Shown here: positions 38,793 to 54,064 of the stretch, piece after piece
Numbering within the stretch: the first letter of the stretch is position 1
How the letters are laid out: the number at the start of each line of letters is the position of its first letter
Assembly: GCA_951406725.2 (NCBI GenBank)
Contig: OX597815.1
Span: forward strand, 132,494,001 to 132,558,000
DNA length: 64,000 bases
DNA from: Octopus vulgaris
Taxonomy: Eukaryota
Direction of reading: 5' to 3'
Translations under genes and position numbers: made by a program
The notes under the pieces: model-generated
The model's database searches: none
The model's input: the letters and a program-made list of their open reading frames with translations, nothing else
What the model was told of the DNA's origin: nothing

Positions 38793-39462
38793 TATATATT
38801 TATATATGCATATATATTAGAAGGTTTGGAGGTGATGTACAGGTATTATATATTAGAAGAAATAAGGTACTCAGAAATCTGAATGGTTTTATATTTACAG
38901 ATTTTTATTAACGTCACATGTTTTTATAAATCATATATTAGCGCTTGTATCCACTCTAGTGGATATGTATGTATGCTCACATACATGCATAGAGGAGCAA
39001 GGTATCCACTCAAAACCAATCTTAAAAGTTTTCCACACGCGCACACGCACACGCACAAACACACACAAACTCGCGCGCACACACAAATATGTATATATTC
39101 ATGTATATATAAATATATATACAATATATAAAAAAAAATGTTTGTATGCGTGCATGTATCTTTTATATATGTTTATATATACATATATATATAAGATTTC
39201 TCACGTTATATATATATATGTGTGTGTGTGAGTGTATGCGCGCGTCTGTGTATGTGTTCGAATCGTAAACGAAGGCTCCAAATACCTGAATATATTTAAA
39301 AAGTTTTCACGAGTTTTCAATTAATTGTGACAGACAATAAAACCATCAACACTGTTTCAGAATTCATTTCAATTAATAATTGCAACGTATTTAATTATTT
39401 CAATTGATTCTAGCGGACCACTTTCCGTGTGTTTTTCTATAAATTTCTCTTTTTTGATTGCT

Positions 39463-39518
<56 letters not shown>

Positions 39519-40906
39519 TTCTCTCTTTCTCTCTCTCTCTCTCTTCCTCTCTCTCTATTATTTTGCTTCTCTTCCTCCCCTTCTCTCTCTTACGCTGTCT
39601 TCCTGTCACTGCATGTGTGCATATGCGTGTGTGTGTGTGTGTGTGTGAATTTTGTCAATATACCTTGTATGTGTATATGCGAGTTATTTATTTCCCTATG
39701 TAAAATATGTATTTCTCTCTATCTCTCTCTCTCCAGCTTTCTATCTTTCTCTCCCTCTCATTGACACACTCCTCTCTTTCTTTCCTGCTTTTTCTCTCAC
39801 TGTCTTTCGCTCCCTGTGTGTCTCTCACTGTATCTATGTAATGAATGAATGGAAGTTAGAATGTGTGATAAAAAGATATAATATACATACATATATATAT
39901 ATATAGATATATATATATATATGTTCACACACATACATACATACATACATACACACACACAGACACACTCATATATATGCATATATACGTAAAGGCGGTG
40001 CTCCAACATGGCCGCAGTGAAATGACTGAAGCAAATAAAGGAATAGACCACTAAATGAAGATATATATATATGTATGTATACATATATGTATGTCTATAC
40101 GTATATGTCTATGTATATATATATATATATATATATGAATGTATGTATGTAGTGTATGAGTATATGTTCTAATGTACTTTCATACTTTCAAAGTTTCATT
40201 CCTCCAATCATGTGCTTACTTTCCTTCATTTTCTCCTTCGCACAACTTGATTTCTTGAATTCATTTATCCATTCTTGCTAAACTTAATTCATTTCTCACT
40301 CCCTTACCCCCTCTCTCTGTGTCTATCTCCCTCTCTTCTACTCTTTCTTACCCTATCTCTCCCTCACTCTCTGAACCCCCCTCTCTCTCTCTCTCTCTTT
40401 CTCTCTGTGCCTTTGTCTCTTTTTTACTCTTCTTTTTCCTCTAATTGTGGCCAATTCTTTTTTCCAAATTCATGTGATTTCTTGTTACTTTTTTCTTTTC
40501 ATTTTCCTCCTCTCGTTTGCCTCTCTTTCAATTTTTTTCTTATACATTTCTCCTTCATTGATCCTCTTTCTATTTTTTCTCCATTTTTGACTTCAGCTTT
40601 TCCTTTTTATCCTTTCTTGTTTTTTTTTTCTATCTCTTTTTTTTACTTCCTTCTTCATGACAATTTTTTTCCTTTAAAATGTTTTAAATCATGATTTTCA
40701 TTCTAAATTCTTCCACACATTTTTACTTCGTTTCTTTTATCTTTCATTATAAGTTTTTTTGAATCTTCAATCCATTTTATTCCTTTTTTTTTGTCGATCT
40801 AACAATCAATCGTTTTCATCTTTTTTTTTTTTTTTTTTCCTTTCAGACTATCAGTCATTTTTTCTCACATTTTATTTTTTTCATTGCATCTTTCTATCAT
40901 CTAACC

Positions 40907-41144
40907 CAGTAATCCTCGAACATTTTCTTTTTTACCAATGGACCCCTTTGATTCCTATTTTGCTCAGGAGAGATGACCCTCGATATTTAAAAACTATTGC
41001 AAGCAGTATTAGGAATCAAATAGAAAAAACATTTAAATATTTTGTGTATTGTTGAAATATAACCAATTTATTGCATATAAACTTTAGCAACAATATCTTA
41101 TATGCACCCCTAAGGGCCATGTGGAACCCTGTTGAGAACCACTG
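40907..41144. mobile_element. hAT-Charlie-type MITE, degenerate
   Basis: Termini cagtaatcctcgaac and gttgagaaccactg. Putative TSD atctaacc/atcgaatc. Confidence 0.6.
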
Positions 41145-41464
41145 ATCGAATCAAACATATATTTTACTTTCGGGTGCTTCTTTCTTTTGATTCGCTTTTC
41201 TCCCTTCTTTATTTCCTTTTCGATGTCGCTTTTTCTTTTATCTTTCAAGATTTCTACTTTTTCTTTCATCTCTTTCTTTTAATCTCCTCTCCTTCTCCCA
41301 AACAAATTTCATTCCTTTGAGTTTCTTTTTTCTCTCTTTCTCTTATTTTCCTTTGTTTCTTTCTTTCCTTTTCATTTTTGGCATTTCACTCCTAGCCTCT
41401 CTCTCTCACTTGCATTCGATGGATAACCAGACAGATAGATAAATAGATAGATAGATAGATAGAT

Positions 41465-41549
<85 letters not shown>

Positions 41550-41633
41550 TAACTCATACATATATGATTAGGTACGTATGTACATACCGCTCTCTGTCTT
41601 CTTTTATTTGCACTCCCCCCTCTCTCTCTCTAA

Positions 41634-41678
<45 letters not shown>

Positions 41679-41710
41679 TATATATATATGTATATGCGTA
41701 TATATATATG

Positions 41711-41760
<50 letters not shown>

Positions 41761-42978
41761 CATGCACATGCACACACACTCACACACACATACATATATA
41801 TATATATATACTTACACAGAATGAAAGAGTGAGAGAGAGAGGAGTGAGAGTGAAAGGTTGTGAAGTAGATAGATCTCTTTGGGCTATTTCTCGCTTACGC
41901 TTCTAGCTTTTACTTCCTCGTCCAAGACAAAGACTTGAAACGAGTTGATATTTTCAAGGGTTTTCTTTACATGGGCGGTCGATATCGGGGATGTCGCTTT
42001 TTAAACCACTATGGCTCCTACCCCCACTACTGTGGCCCCTGTCCCCACACAGTCAGTTCTTTGTGACTTATGACTCTTTTGCAGACTAATTCGTAATATA
42101 GAAAATGTAACAAATTTATCTTTTTTATTCATTTGTTTAAAATATCTCCGTCTCTCCTGCTATTCTCTATTTTCTTATATTTTTCATCTCAAAATATTTT
42201 TCTCTCATTTCCTAAGTTTTCTTTTCTTTTCATTCACTATACTTCATCCCTTCTTTTCATTCACTATACTTCATTCCTTCTTTTCATTCACTATACTTCA
42301 TCCCTTCTGACAAATTTCTTCAGTCATTCATATAAACTTTCCTTTTACTCCCTCCAAACTGATCACATGCCTCGTTCACATTTTATCTACCTTTGTCCAT
42401 TTACCTGCGCTTCTCTTCCAATTCACCAGTATCCACCACCCATCTTCCATCTCCATCTTTCCGTTTTTCTGGCTCTTTCTTTCCTTTTCTTCGTTATTCA
42501 TATTTTCAAACCATTCTTTATAAAACCATTTCTTCACTTTTTTCATTCATACACCTTACAGACTTCTCTTTCCCCCTCATTTTCATAGATCAAACTTCTA
42601 TCACTCACATGATCTCTCTCGTTTCATTATCTTCATTTATTCGCCTACTAACTCGTTTTTTCTTCGTTTTCTTGTTTCTCATTCGTTTTCTTTCTCTCTG
42701 TCTTTCTTTAAATGTTTTATGCCTTTCTTTGACAATTCTCCTTTCACATAAAGCACTTTATCTTTTCCATCAATTCCTTTTCCTAGATTCTTTATCTAAT
42801 TGCTTAAAAGTTTCTTTATCTCTTTTGTTTTTCTGCTTCTCGTTCTCCCATCCATTTCTCCTTCTTTTTCCTCACACTGCTTTTTCTCCCTCATATGTTT
42901 TTTTTCTTTTATCTTCGTCTTACGTTCATTTATTCCTTTCCTGCAAAATCTTTTTTCTCTTTCACTCTTGCATCTAAT

Positions 42979-43720
<742 letters not shown>

Positions 43721-45024
43721 TCTTAACTCTTTTTTCATCTTTTTCTGCTACGTTTCTTTTCACTTTCTGCCTTACATCTATTTCTTCACGTTTGCATATA
43801 ATTCCATTTTTCTTAAATGCTTCAAATTTTCAATCTTATCCTCTGACATCTTTGTCTGCCTTACCACTTTTACTTTCTTACGCTTACATTTTCCTCTTAA
43901 GTCTTTTTTAAACTTTTCCTCAGACATATTTTCTATCCGTCAAACATCATTTTTCTTTGACATCCCTTCATCTTTTCTCTTTCTAACTTACATACATTTT
44001 TTTTTCCCTCTTACAATATTTTCTTTCTCTGACATGACCTGTTTCTCACATATATATGTTTATTTTTCTTATACCTATTCTTTATCCCTTAAACTTTCTC
44101 TTTCAGTCATATGACTTTTTCTCTTTCTCTAACATCGTGTTTTCCGAATACAACTTGTCTCTTGTTATTTCTCTCACAATATTTCTCTATTGATCTGGTT
44201 AATTCTCCTAAAGTCCCCATTTTTCTTGTAGCCCTTTGTCTCTATTTCATTTATTGTCTATTCCCTCATCTCTCTTTTTCTCTCTCTTCCCCTTTGTCCC
44301 AAGCTTCGCCCTTCCCCTCTGTTTCATAAATTTCCCTCACCTTCTCTCTCATCAATTCTCTTAAACTTTCCGTTCCTTCCCCTCGACTTTTCTTTCAAAT
44401 TATATCTCATACACCTTATCATTTTCTTTGTCTTTCTATTTTTTTCCTCCTCTCTCTTCACTCTCCCTCTTTTTCATATACTATCACGTCTCCTCTATAC
44501 TCCACTGACTCTTCTAAAGTTTGTATTACCTCATCATGCATTTTGTTTTCCGCACAGTATCATTCTCGCTTTCGTCTCCACAATTATCACTATCATAATG
44601 TTTTTCTCTCCTATTCTTTCTTTCTTTTACCGTCTTTCTTTCTTTATTTATTTATTTTCATCTATCTTTTCCTTTCTCCCACCTCTCTCACTCTCTCTTG
44701 CTTATATCTTTACAAATCCCTGTGCTAGTCTATCTGTAGTCGGGTCTTTCCTATTAAATATTATAATGATATGCAGTCGAAAATGAAATACGGCCTTCCC
44801 CAATTTACACACCCTTAATATAGATTATACAGATTATATTAAGGCATGGACTTATGTGTAGGGGATGCAACCATGTAATTATGGTAACACCAAGTCTTAG
44901 GAAAATCTGCATATCATTATTCATGTGACTCTGGGAAATCATCTTAAGCAAACAAGCGCTACCTGTGCGTGCGCATATATTCGCACGATAAGACGTGCAT
45001 ATAGACGCACGTCACATCATAGAG

Positions 45025-45026
<2 letters not shown>

Positions 45027-45112
<86 letters not shown>
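45027..45112. repeat. (CA)n microsatellite
   Basis: Seen directly in the sequence. Confidence 0.98.
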
Positions 45113-45115
<3 letters not shown>

Positions 45116-45124
45116 ACACAGACA

Positions 45125-45865
45125 AAAGCATCCATAGAGAGAGAAAGAGAGATGGAAACAGAGAAATAAAATCACACAGCGACTGAGACAGAAAGATAGA
45201 GAAAAACAGAAGGAGACAAAGAAAGATATTCAGAGCAAAAAAGCGAGAAAATGAGAAAATGAAAGTAGGAGAGAGGGAGAGAAAGAGAAACAGAAATACA
45301 TAGAGATAGGGAAGGGCAGGGAGAACAGAGAATTATAAAGACAGAGAGAGAGAGACAGAGTAAAGCACAGGGTGAGAGAGAAAGACAGAGTAAAGCAGAG
45401 AGAGAAAGAAACAAACAAATAGGGGAGAGACAGAATGAAAGAAACAAACATAGAAAGGGAAAGAAAAATATATAGAGGTAGAGAAAGAAAATAGAAAACG
45501 AGAGAGCGACAAAGAGACCGAAACAGAGGGCGAAACACAGAGAGAGATAGAAAGCTATAAAGAGAAAGAAAAAGAGAGTGAGTGAGTGACTGACTGACTG
45601 ACTGACTGACTGAGTGAGAGAGAAAGGAAACGAGAGAGGGACAAAGGGAAGAGATAGACAGAGAAAGACACCGAGAAAGACAAAGAAAAGCAGAAAGAGA
45701 GAGATAGAAAGCTAAAAAAAAAAGAGCGAAAGAGAGAGAAAACGAGGAAGTAAACGAGAGAGGGGCAAAGGGAGCGAGACAGAGAGAGAACGACAGAGAA
45801 AAACAGAGAGACATAGAAAGCTACAAAAAAAAAGCGAGAGAGAGAGAGAGAGAAGAGGGAAAGAT
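45125..45865 (+). repeat. Purine-rich degenerate (GA)n low-complexity tract
   Basis: Seen directly in the sequence. Confidence 0.9.
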
Positions 45866-46043
45866 GAAATTCTTTCGTTTGTCTATTCTTATACGAATGT
45901 ACATCCCCGGTCTTGTCATCATTCTATGTATCTGTCAACTTAATATATATCCTCTCTCATTTATTTACAGCATTTCTAGTCTCTCTATTTATTCTCCTAC
46001 CTCTCTATATTTACCTGCCTTTCCATTCAGCTATATTGATACA

Positions 46044-46250
<207 letters not shown>

Positions 46251-46436
46251 GTGTTTGCGGGTGTATGCGTATGTGTGTTAGTATGCATAGCTAGTGTGTC
46301 TTCTATTTTTATATTTTCGATCGATCCACCCATCTATTCACCTATTTATATACCTACCAGCATACCTGCCAGCTTCATTTACCTGATTTACTTCTGTCTT
46401 CTTTTTTTCTTCCCTTGTTCGTCTTTCTTTCTGGCT

Positions 46437-46472
<36 letters not shown>

Positions 46473-46555
46473 TTGTGTGTGCGTTCGTGTGTGTGTGTGA
46501 ATATTACAGCATGATACACATACGCATGCATACATACATATATAAATATATATGT

Positions 46556-46595
<40 letters not shown>

Positions 46596-46753
46596 TATAC
46601 ACACCCACGCACGCGTGCACATACACTCTCATGCGCGCACACACTCAATACTACTCACACACACGAAAGTGAAATGAGAGAAAAAATAGACAAACTTACA
46701 GGCAAAGACAACTATATAGATAGGTAGATTCATAGATAAATAGATAGATAGAC

Positions 46754-46841
<88 letters not shown>

Positions 46842-47102
46842 TCACGGATCGTTGCGACGCTATGTTTTTGATAGACATGTATAAGTATGAAGGTTAACTT
46901 GTCCTGGAGAAATAGTTATCATGTGACGAGAGATTTTTTTTTAACTAGTCACCAGGCCGACTTCAGTTGAATAGTACAGAATCACGGAAGTCGATATAAT
47001 TAAAAATGCTGATAATAATTATTTTGATTCTAAAATGGTTTAATATACATTGTCACCCAGTTTGGTGTTTTGAAATCAACCGGCAAAGGCTCAAAATTCG
47101 AT

Positions 47103-47290
<188 letters not shown>

Positions 47291-48224
47291 TGTACAGAAC
47301 ATACACGCACATACACTGATATACATATATATATATATATATCAGTCAGTTGTTCATTTGTCCGATAAAAGGCACAAAAGATTTACGACTGTTCTGTATG
47401 TGTGTGTATGTGCGCGTGTGTGTGTGTGCGTGTTTGTGTATGTGTGCGTGTGTCTGCACGAACAGAGAAATGGGGAGCTTGCGAGAGAATGAAATTATAT
47501 CGTTGATTTAAACGTATATGTCTCTGTGCATCCGAGCGCACCACGAAATTTACCAGCAAAAGCCTACTCTGAATAAAGCTACCTCTGTATGAAACTTCGA
47601 GTGAAGATCTATACTTTAAGTAGCTCGAACTGGTGTATACCATATATTTACACTTCGCTAGGTATTGAGTTCTGTTCACTTATTCTATAAAGGCGAAAGT
47701 CTACAAACATAATACATAACATATAAAGATACTCTATTTTACGTATGCTATATAAATACATATATGTCAAGAATATATTACTATAATACATTTCTAATAT
47801 GTTTGAATGTATATGTATAATATATTTTACTGAAGGGTGATATAAGAATTATTGTATTTTTAATATAAACCGACGAGCGACCTAGGTCAGTTGAGTTCCG
47901 TTGATATTTTTAATATACATCTCGCTTTCCCTCTTTTACTCCTTTGCTCTACAGTACTTATGTCACCGCTAAACACAATTTTCTCATTCAGCTCCTCGAT
48001 TCAGGGTTTCCAGGGTGGCTGCTCAACCACCCTGTCTTTCATACCGTCAGCCGCAGAAACGTCACGAGTTACTGAATTAGACTGAATTATAGTCGTAATT
48101 TACTAGATTTGGGACAATGTATTTTCTCTTATATTTGGTAATGATAGTTTTCTAAAATAACATCATGGTAGTTGTCTACTCCTTATGCAGAGTTTGTTCA
48201 CTTCCTATACCTACACCTTAGAAT

Positions 48225-48480
48225 CATTATGGCATCTGATGTGGCTTTTTAAACCAGACAATTTTTGAAAAGATACCCACATAGATTGCATATCTTATTT
48301 GGACCACCAAGAGCTGCAGTTAAGTTCTGAGCATTGTGGATCATAAACTGTCTTTTTAGGCCTCCGTGAGATTTTCAGATGTTCTGGCATACATTGCGTT
48401 GAAAGGAGTGCACTGACATATAGGCAGAATAGTTGATGTAGGTTCGTTTTCTATGGATTCGCCAAAGAGATTAGAGCCCA
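48225..48480 (-). pseudogene. Probable RTE-type LINE C-terminal C2H2 remnant
   Basis: CNLCGYLFKN / (frameshift) LSGLKSHIRCH. Confidence 0.4.
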
Positions 48481-48509
48481 GCAAAAGAAAAGTATCCTAT
48501 CTAGGACAA

Positions 48510-48830
48510 GTACCTTCTTCTATAGCCGCGGGTCAACCAAACCTTTGTGAGTGGATTTGGTAGACTGAAACTGAAAGAGTTCTGTATATATTTGTGTGTG
48601 TGTATGTATCTATGTCTGTATGTGTCTGTGTGCGTGTGTGCGTTTTTTCCTGTTTGTCTTTTAATTCCGCTTAACAACTGTTGTTAGTTTGTTCACATCC
48701 CTGTAAACTAGCGGTTCGGCTAAAGTCCGTTAGAATAACTACCAAGCTTGAAATGAAATAATAGTGAGGATTCATCATTCATTCCACTAAAAATGTATGA
48801 AGGTGCGATACCAGTATGACCTTAGTCAAA
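48510..48830 (+). mobile_element. SINE family B, 5'-truncated
   Basis: tgtgagtggatttggtagac.gaaactgaaaga...gcggttcggc. Confidence 0.75.
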
Positions 48831-48839
48831 AATATAAAT

Positions 48840-48880
<41 letters not shown>

Positions 48881-49127
48881 GTGCGTGCGTGTGTGTGTAT
48901 GTGTGCTTGTGTATGTATGTATGTATGTATGTATGCATATAAGAGTTTTCTGCTTGATTCATTCGTAAACTTTCATACAAGAACAAGGACAAAAAATTTC
49001 TTAAGGAAATACGAAATTACAATAATTTCAATGTCATGAATAGCGAAAGTGAAAACGGTCGACAACCACAATACTCTTTCATTTAAAATATATCAAAACT
49101 ATGTAAAATCTGTGCTTCCTCCTCCTT

Positions 49128-49430
49128 GAAGTCATATAGCTCAGTGATTAAGGTGTTGCACTCATGATTGCAAGATCATGTGTTCGGTTCCCAGACCGGG
49201 CGTTGTGTTGTGTTCTTGAGCAAAGCGCTTTATTTCACGTTGCCCTGCGATCATTTCATCGTCTGACATGTGGCACCCATTGCAACAATACAGGTAATGT
49301 CGATTTGATGGAGGGTGGGAGCTTATGTATACACAGGCATTTAATCACTATAAACAAATCAACTGTCTGGTTGTTCGGTAAGAAATTGTCAAATCCTCAT
49401 ACATCGTCTAATGCCGGGATCTTTTGCACG
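49128..49430 (+). mobile_element. tRNA-derived SINE related to family C, older copy
   Basis: tagctcagtgattaagg (A box)...gttcggttcccagaccgggcgttgtg, a segment shared with 62966-63273. Confidence 0.65.
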
Positions 49431-49683
49431 AATTTGTCCAAGGACTTCTTGAACTTTTGAGGTCTGTTCCTGCTTTAATGTGTTTTTGTGTAATGTTAAA
49501 GAGTGCGGGTTCAACTGAGGTGAAATAATTGTGTCGTATTGTTATGTGATGCGAGTATGATTTATGCAGTGGGTGGATAGCACGGGCTTCTGGGCTCACA
49601 TTTCCATGCATAAAAGAAGAGAATAAATACGTTGATGTTTGAAACTGAGAAATAAACTGAAATTCGGTATTATATATATGAGT

Positions 49684-49794
49684 CTAGCAGTATAACCCGG
49701 CTTTGCCCGAGATTAAGTTAAGAACATTAAGCTAATCAAGTTCTTTATTTCAAACCAAACTAAGTAATATCGACGTCAAATTTGGACGAAATCC

Positions 49795-49830
<36 letters not shown>

Positions 49831-50291
49831 GAAACACACAAACACACATGCAGACCTACGTACGTACATCTATTGCATACATGTTTTTTTTTAACGCATA
49901 CATGTTCGTGTGTGTGTGAGTGTTTTGCCCGTATATCAACAAAACACTTTTTCCTCGATGGAAAAAAGCAACAAAAGTCTTAACAAAAACTTACTCGTCG
50001 CTAGAAAGGAGCTTAACTCCTGTTTGCAAACAATGGTGATTTCTCCGACTTGAAAATTGTTAAAAGTTTTGGGTGAAAATTTATTTTTACTGCTATTCGC
50101 TGGTGCCTGTGGGGAAAATAAGTTGACGAAAATACAACCAGGGTCAGGATGAATGTCCTAAAATTGGAGCGACATGCGTACAAATTCGTGGACGTGCATA
50201 CATTACATTCACTTACACACACACGCACACACACACAAAAATACACACACACACTCTCACACACACACATCCAACCTTTTATATATACCGA
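49684..50291 (-). mobile_element. Non-autonomous Helitron-like element
   Basis: The minus strand begins TCggtatatataaaa followed by (TG)n. It ends with a GC-rich hairpin (ctcgggcaaagccggg) then CTAG. Confidence 0.65.
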
Positions 50292-51647
50292 TAGCAATGT
50301 AGAAAATTAGTCAAAATAACAAAAAAAAAACGATAACAAATATATAGTTATGTTATGTTTGATATATTTAATTAATCTTGATATTTCTTGTTGAAAACGT
50401 CTTTGAAACATTACCTACATACATATATACATACATACATACATTCATACATACATACGTGTGTGCATGTGCGTGAGTGTGTATGTGTGTGTATAAGAGT
50501 GTTCCTTATTTTGGTGCGTTGGCTCCTTGAATCTAATATTGAATTGCAACGTACGTAGAGGTTTTGCGCCTGATGCCTTGTGTTACTACCAACATCGTAC
50601 TTGTGCGCCATGAGGAATTTCGGAGAAAAATTGGGTTAAGTCTTATTATCATAGTAACGATAATAAGTAACTATTTATGATACCTCTTAGCCCTCATTCA
50701 ATTTTATGTATTATTTATTAATATTAAAATGCCATATTTATTTGAAATAAAATTATACATTAACCTGCATATATTTGTTGAGAAAAATGTTTTTTTTATT
50801 ATCGCTACTACAGTCTATGTCTTTAGTGGAAGCAAATTTTTACTGATATTCCTAAATTTGATGATTCGTGCATGACGATGTTTTGTTCTCGTGATATCTG
50901 AATGGTGGTGCCCATTTAAAATTGACTGCTAATTGACTGGATATTCGTCTTGCTTGAGAGCAGGTGGTCAGCATGCTTAGATTTCTTTCGTTTGAGAGCC
51001 GTTTTCCCGATAAACAATCTCGCTGGGAAGATCGTAAGAAAACGAGCTCTATACTTAGCATTTCTTAACAGATGTCCTTGCAAAAACAGATATTTTCTGT
51101 TGCTGAAGTGTGATAAACTTAGAAAACAAGTGTTGGAAGCGTTGCTACGTTTCTTGGACCTGCGAGTCTGAACGTGAGGGTTACTGATGCTGAGTATCTG
51201 TAGACCCTCTGCAGCTTTTGAACGTGTGTAGTTTGAATTTGCTATATAAATGCAACTGTACTGGATATGGATTCGTTTGAATTTTATCTAACTGGCCTTC
51301 GAACTGAAAAGGAGGGTTGCTTTAATATCCACAGCCAACTTTCGTTTAGAACTTGGTGCTGATCCCATTTCCGTCTGTAATTTTGAGTTGGTCATCGGGG
51401 AGAGGGCGGGGTTCCCTGTTGTTCCTTGTTTAGCTTAGAATCCTGTTAATTAATCCATGTTTAATCCATATTCACGGCGGTGAATCATATATGGGTATTC
51501 ATAACTGCATCTTCCAATGAAGGAATGTGTTCAATATTTAAAACAATATGTGTTCGTATATATACGTGTGCATGGGTTTTTCAGTATATATGTGGGTATA
51601 TATAAGCACACACAGACACACACACATAGAGACACACACACACACAG

Positions 51648-51716
<69 letters not shown>

Positions 51717-52204
51717 TGTATTAGCGTATACAAACACATACATTGTAGGAATATTGACTGGGATTTGAAGTTTTACCTAATGCGGTTTAATCCAACACTG
51801 AAATAAACTCACGTATCAGTAAGGGAATCATGTTATGATACCAACAGATACGAATAAAGCAAAATAATGAAATGAAGTATTATTTGATAAGGAGATTTTT
51901 AAAAATCCGTGATGATGAAGTTATGAAAAATTCATTGACAGAAGCAATCCAGTAAGAGATTTTAGCACTTTATAATCTTGAACCGATTCAACATGATTGC
52001 TTGTTGTTATACATTGAAGCATATGGAAATATTTTTTGAATGCAATTGAGATAATCTAGAGAGAGATATAGAATCGAATAAAACATTCATTGAAAGAATA
52101 AGGTTAATTGATCAGCATATTTTGTCGAGGAAACAGATCTACGATTGACTAAATGTCAACTGCAAACTGGACGTAATTCATTAATAGATTTCTTTCTCTT
52201 TATG

Positions 52205-52236
<32 letters not shown>

Positions 52237-52276
52237 CGTGTGTGTGTGTATGTATGTATGTATGTATGCATGTATA

Positions 52277-52320
<44 letters not shown>

Positions 52321-52378
52321 GTCATAGACATATGCAAACATACCTACATACATACAAATACGCCCACCCACATATGAG

Positions 52379-52409
<31 letters not shown>

Positions 52410-52831
52410 TTGGATGTGTGTGTCATATCGGAAATTGCTTGGTCGAATATAATGTCAGTATCATGTTATGTCATGTCATGCAATACGATACAAGCCATCA
52501 ATGTTTATATATCAGCACCTGCATGTTCCATTATATTAACACACAAGGAAAGACATTATATTAAAAGCGTTTAAACTCAATATATTTCTGTTACATTATA
52601 TAACAAATCGAGAAGTTTGCGTAATGAGCTAGCTATGACAAGAAAGCATATATGTTTGTGTGAGTGTGGGTGGGAGGGGATAGTAGAATGAGAGGAAATC
52701 AGCAATAAAGAGAAGGAAAACAAGTGGAGCGAGATATCAAACCGAAAAGTCAATATTTGATATGCAAAAGGAAGAAAATATGAAAACAGCATCACTTTTC
52801 CCACATTTCAATCCTATATATATATATACAT

Positions 52832-52906
<75 letters not shown>

Positions 52907-53051
52907 TAGATAGATAGATAGATATATATATATACATACATATATATATAAATATATATATATGTGTGGGGGGTGTCTCTGTCTAAATATCTCTCTATCA
53001 CACACATACATATCCTCTCTACCTCGCCTATGTATGTGTGTATGTGTGTGT

Positions 53052-53082
<31 letters not shown>

Positions 53083-53316
53083 TAGTGAATAAAAAATACG
53101 AAGAACAAACACAAAAAAACAACAACGCGAGGATGTGGTACATGTAAACTATTAGCAGACGCACAGGGAAGGAAAAAAAGATGGTTTAACGTTTCGCGCA
53201 AACCCCTTCTTCAGGAAGATAGGGTTGTCTAATAGAAAAAGAGGACGGAGGAAAAAAAATCGCCAACGATTCACATGTGGTTACATTTTGAAATGACCGG
53301 AAGTGTATGAATATAT

Positions 53317-53357
<41 letters not shown>

Positions 53358-53771
53358 CACACATACACACATACAGAGGTTTGGTGATACAAACAGAAAA
53401 ACAGAACTAAAAATCCAAATAGCACATAAACAAATCATTTGTGCTGGTCGTTCAGTAAAAAGCTAAACTGAATACATACGTATATTCGTCGGGGGAATTC
53501 TACCATATATAGAAATAAGCAAAATTTACACCGACTGAAGCGTCGAGGGTTTCGTGACATGTATATATAAATAATTTGACACCAGTTTCATAAGAGCCAG
53601 TGTACGAAACTCTTGGCCCTCCACTGACTCAATAACTACAAAGAGCGATTTTATGTATATGTTTGCGTATACATTTATAGATGTATGTGTGTATGTATGT
53701 GTGTGTGCGTGTCCTGGAGGATATATGGATATATAGAAAGTGGCTAATTTATATGCTATGGCAGTTTAGTT

Positions 53772-54064
53772 CAGTGGTACCAAAATTGGGCGGTACTACC
53801 CTCCTGAGAGGTGGGAAAAGATCCAGAGGGGGTTGAAGAAAAGTGTGGCGATAATATATGGTCAAAAGGGGACGATGGGTGTAAAACAACAAACGAATGG
53901 GTTAATAATAGGTTAATTTATTTATTGTGAAAATAAGTTGCTTTAAATTTGCTACAGAATGGTGCCTTTATTAGTGATAGTGAGTGTTGGGGTTCGCTAG
54001 CGATGTGACATAAGTGCCAAGGCAGTGGCAACCCCAATCCACAAAAATAATTTGGGAACTACTG
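53772..54064. mobile_element. hAT-Charlie-type MITE
   Basis: Termini cagtggtaccaaaa and tttgggaactactg. 8-bp TSD gtttagtt/gtttagat. Confidence 0.8.

Noticed and set aside
50850-51480. Possible degenerate GIY-YIG (..FIGKT..H..) on the minus strand
   Set aside because: The motif is too eroded to call by eye.
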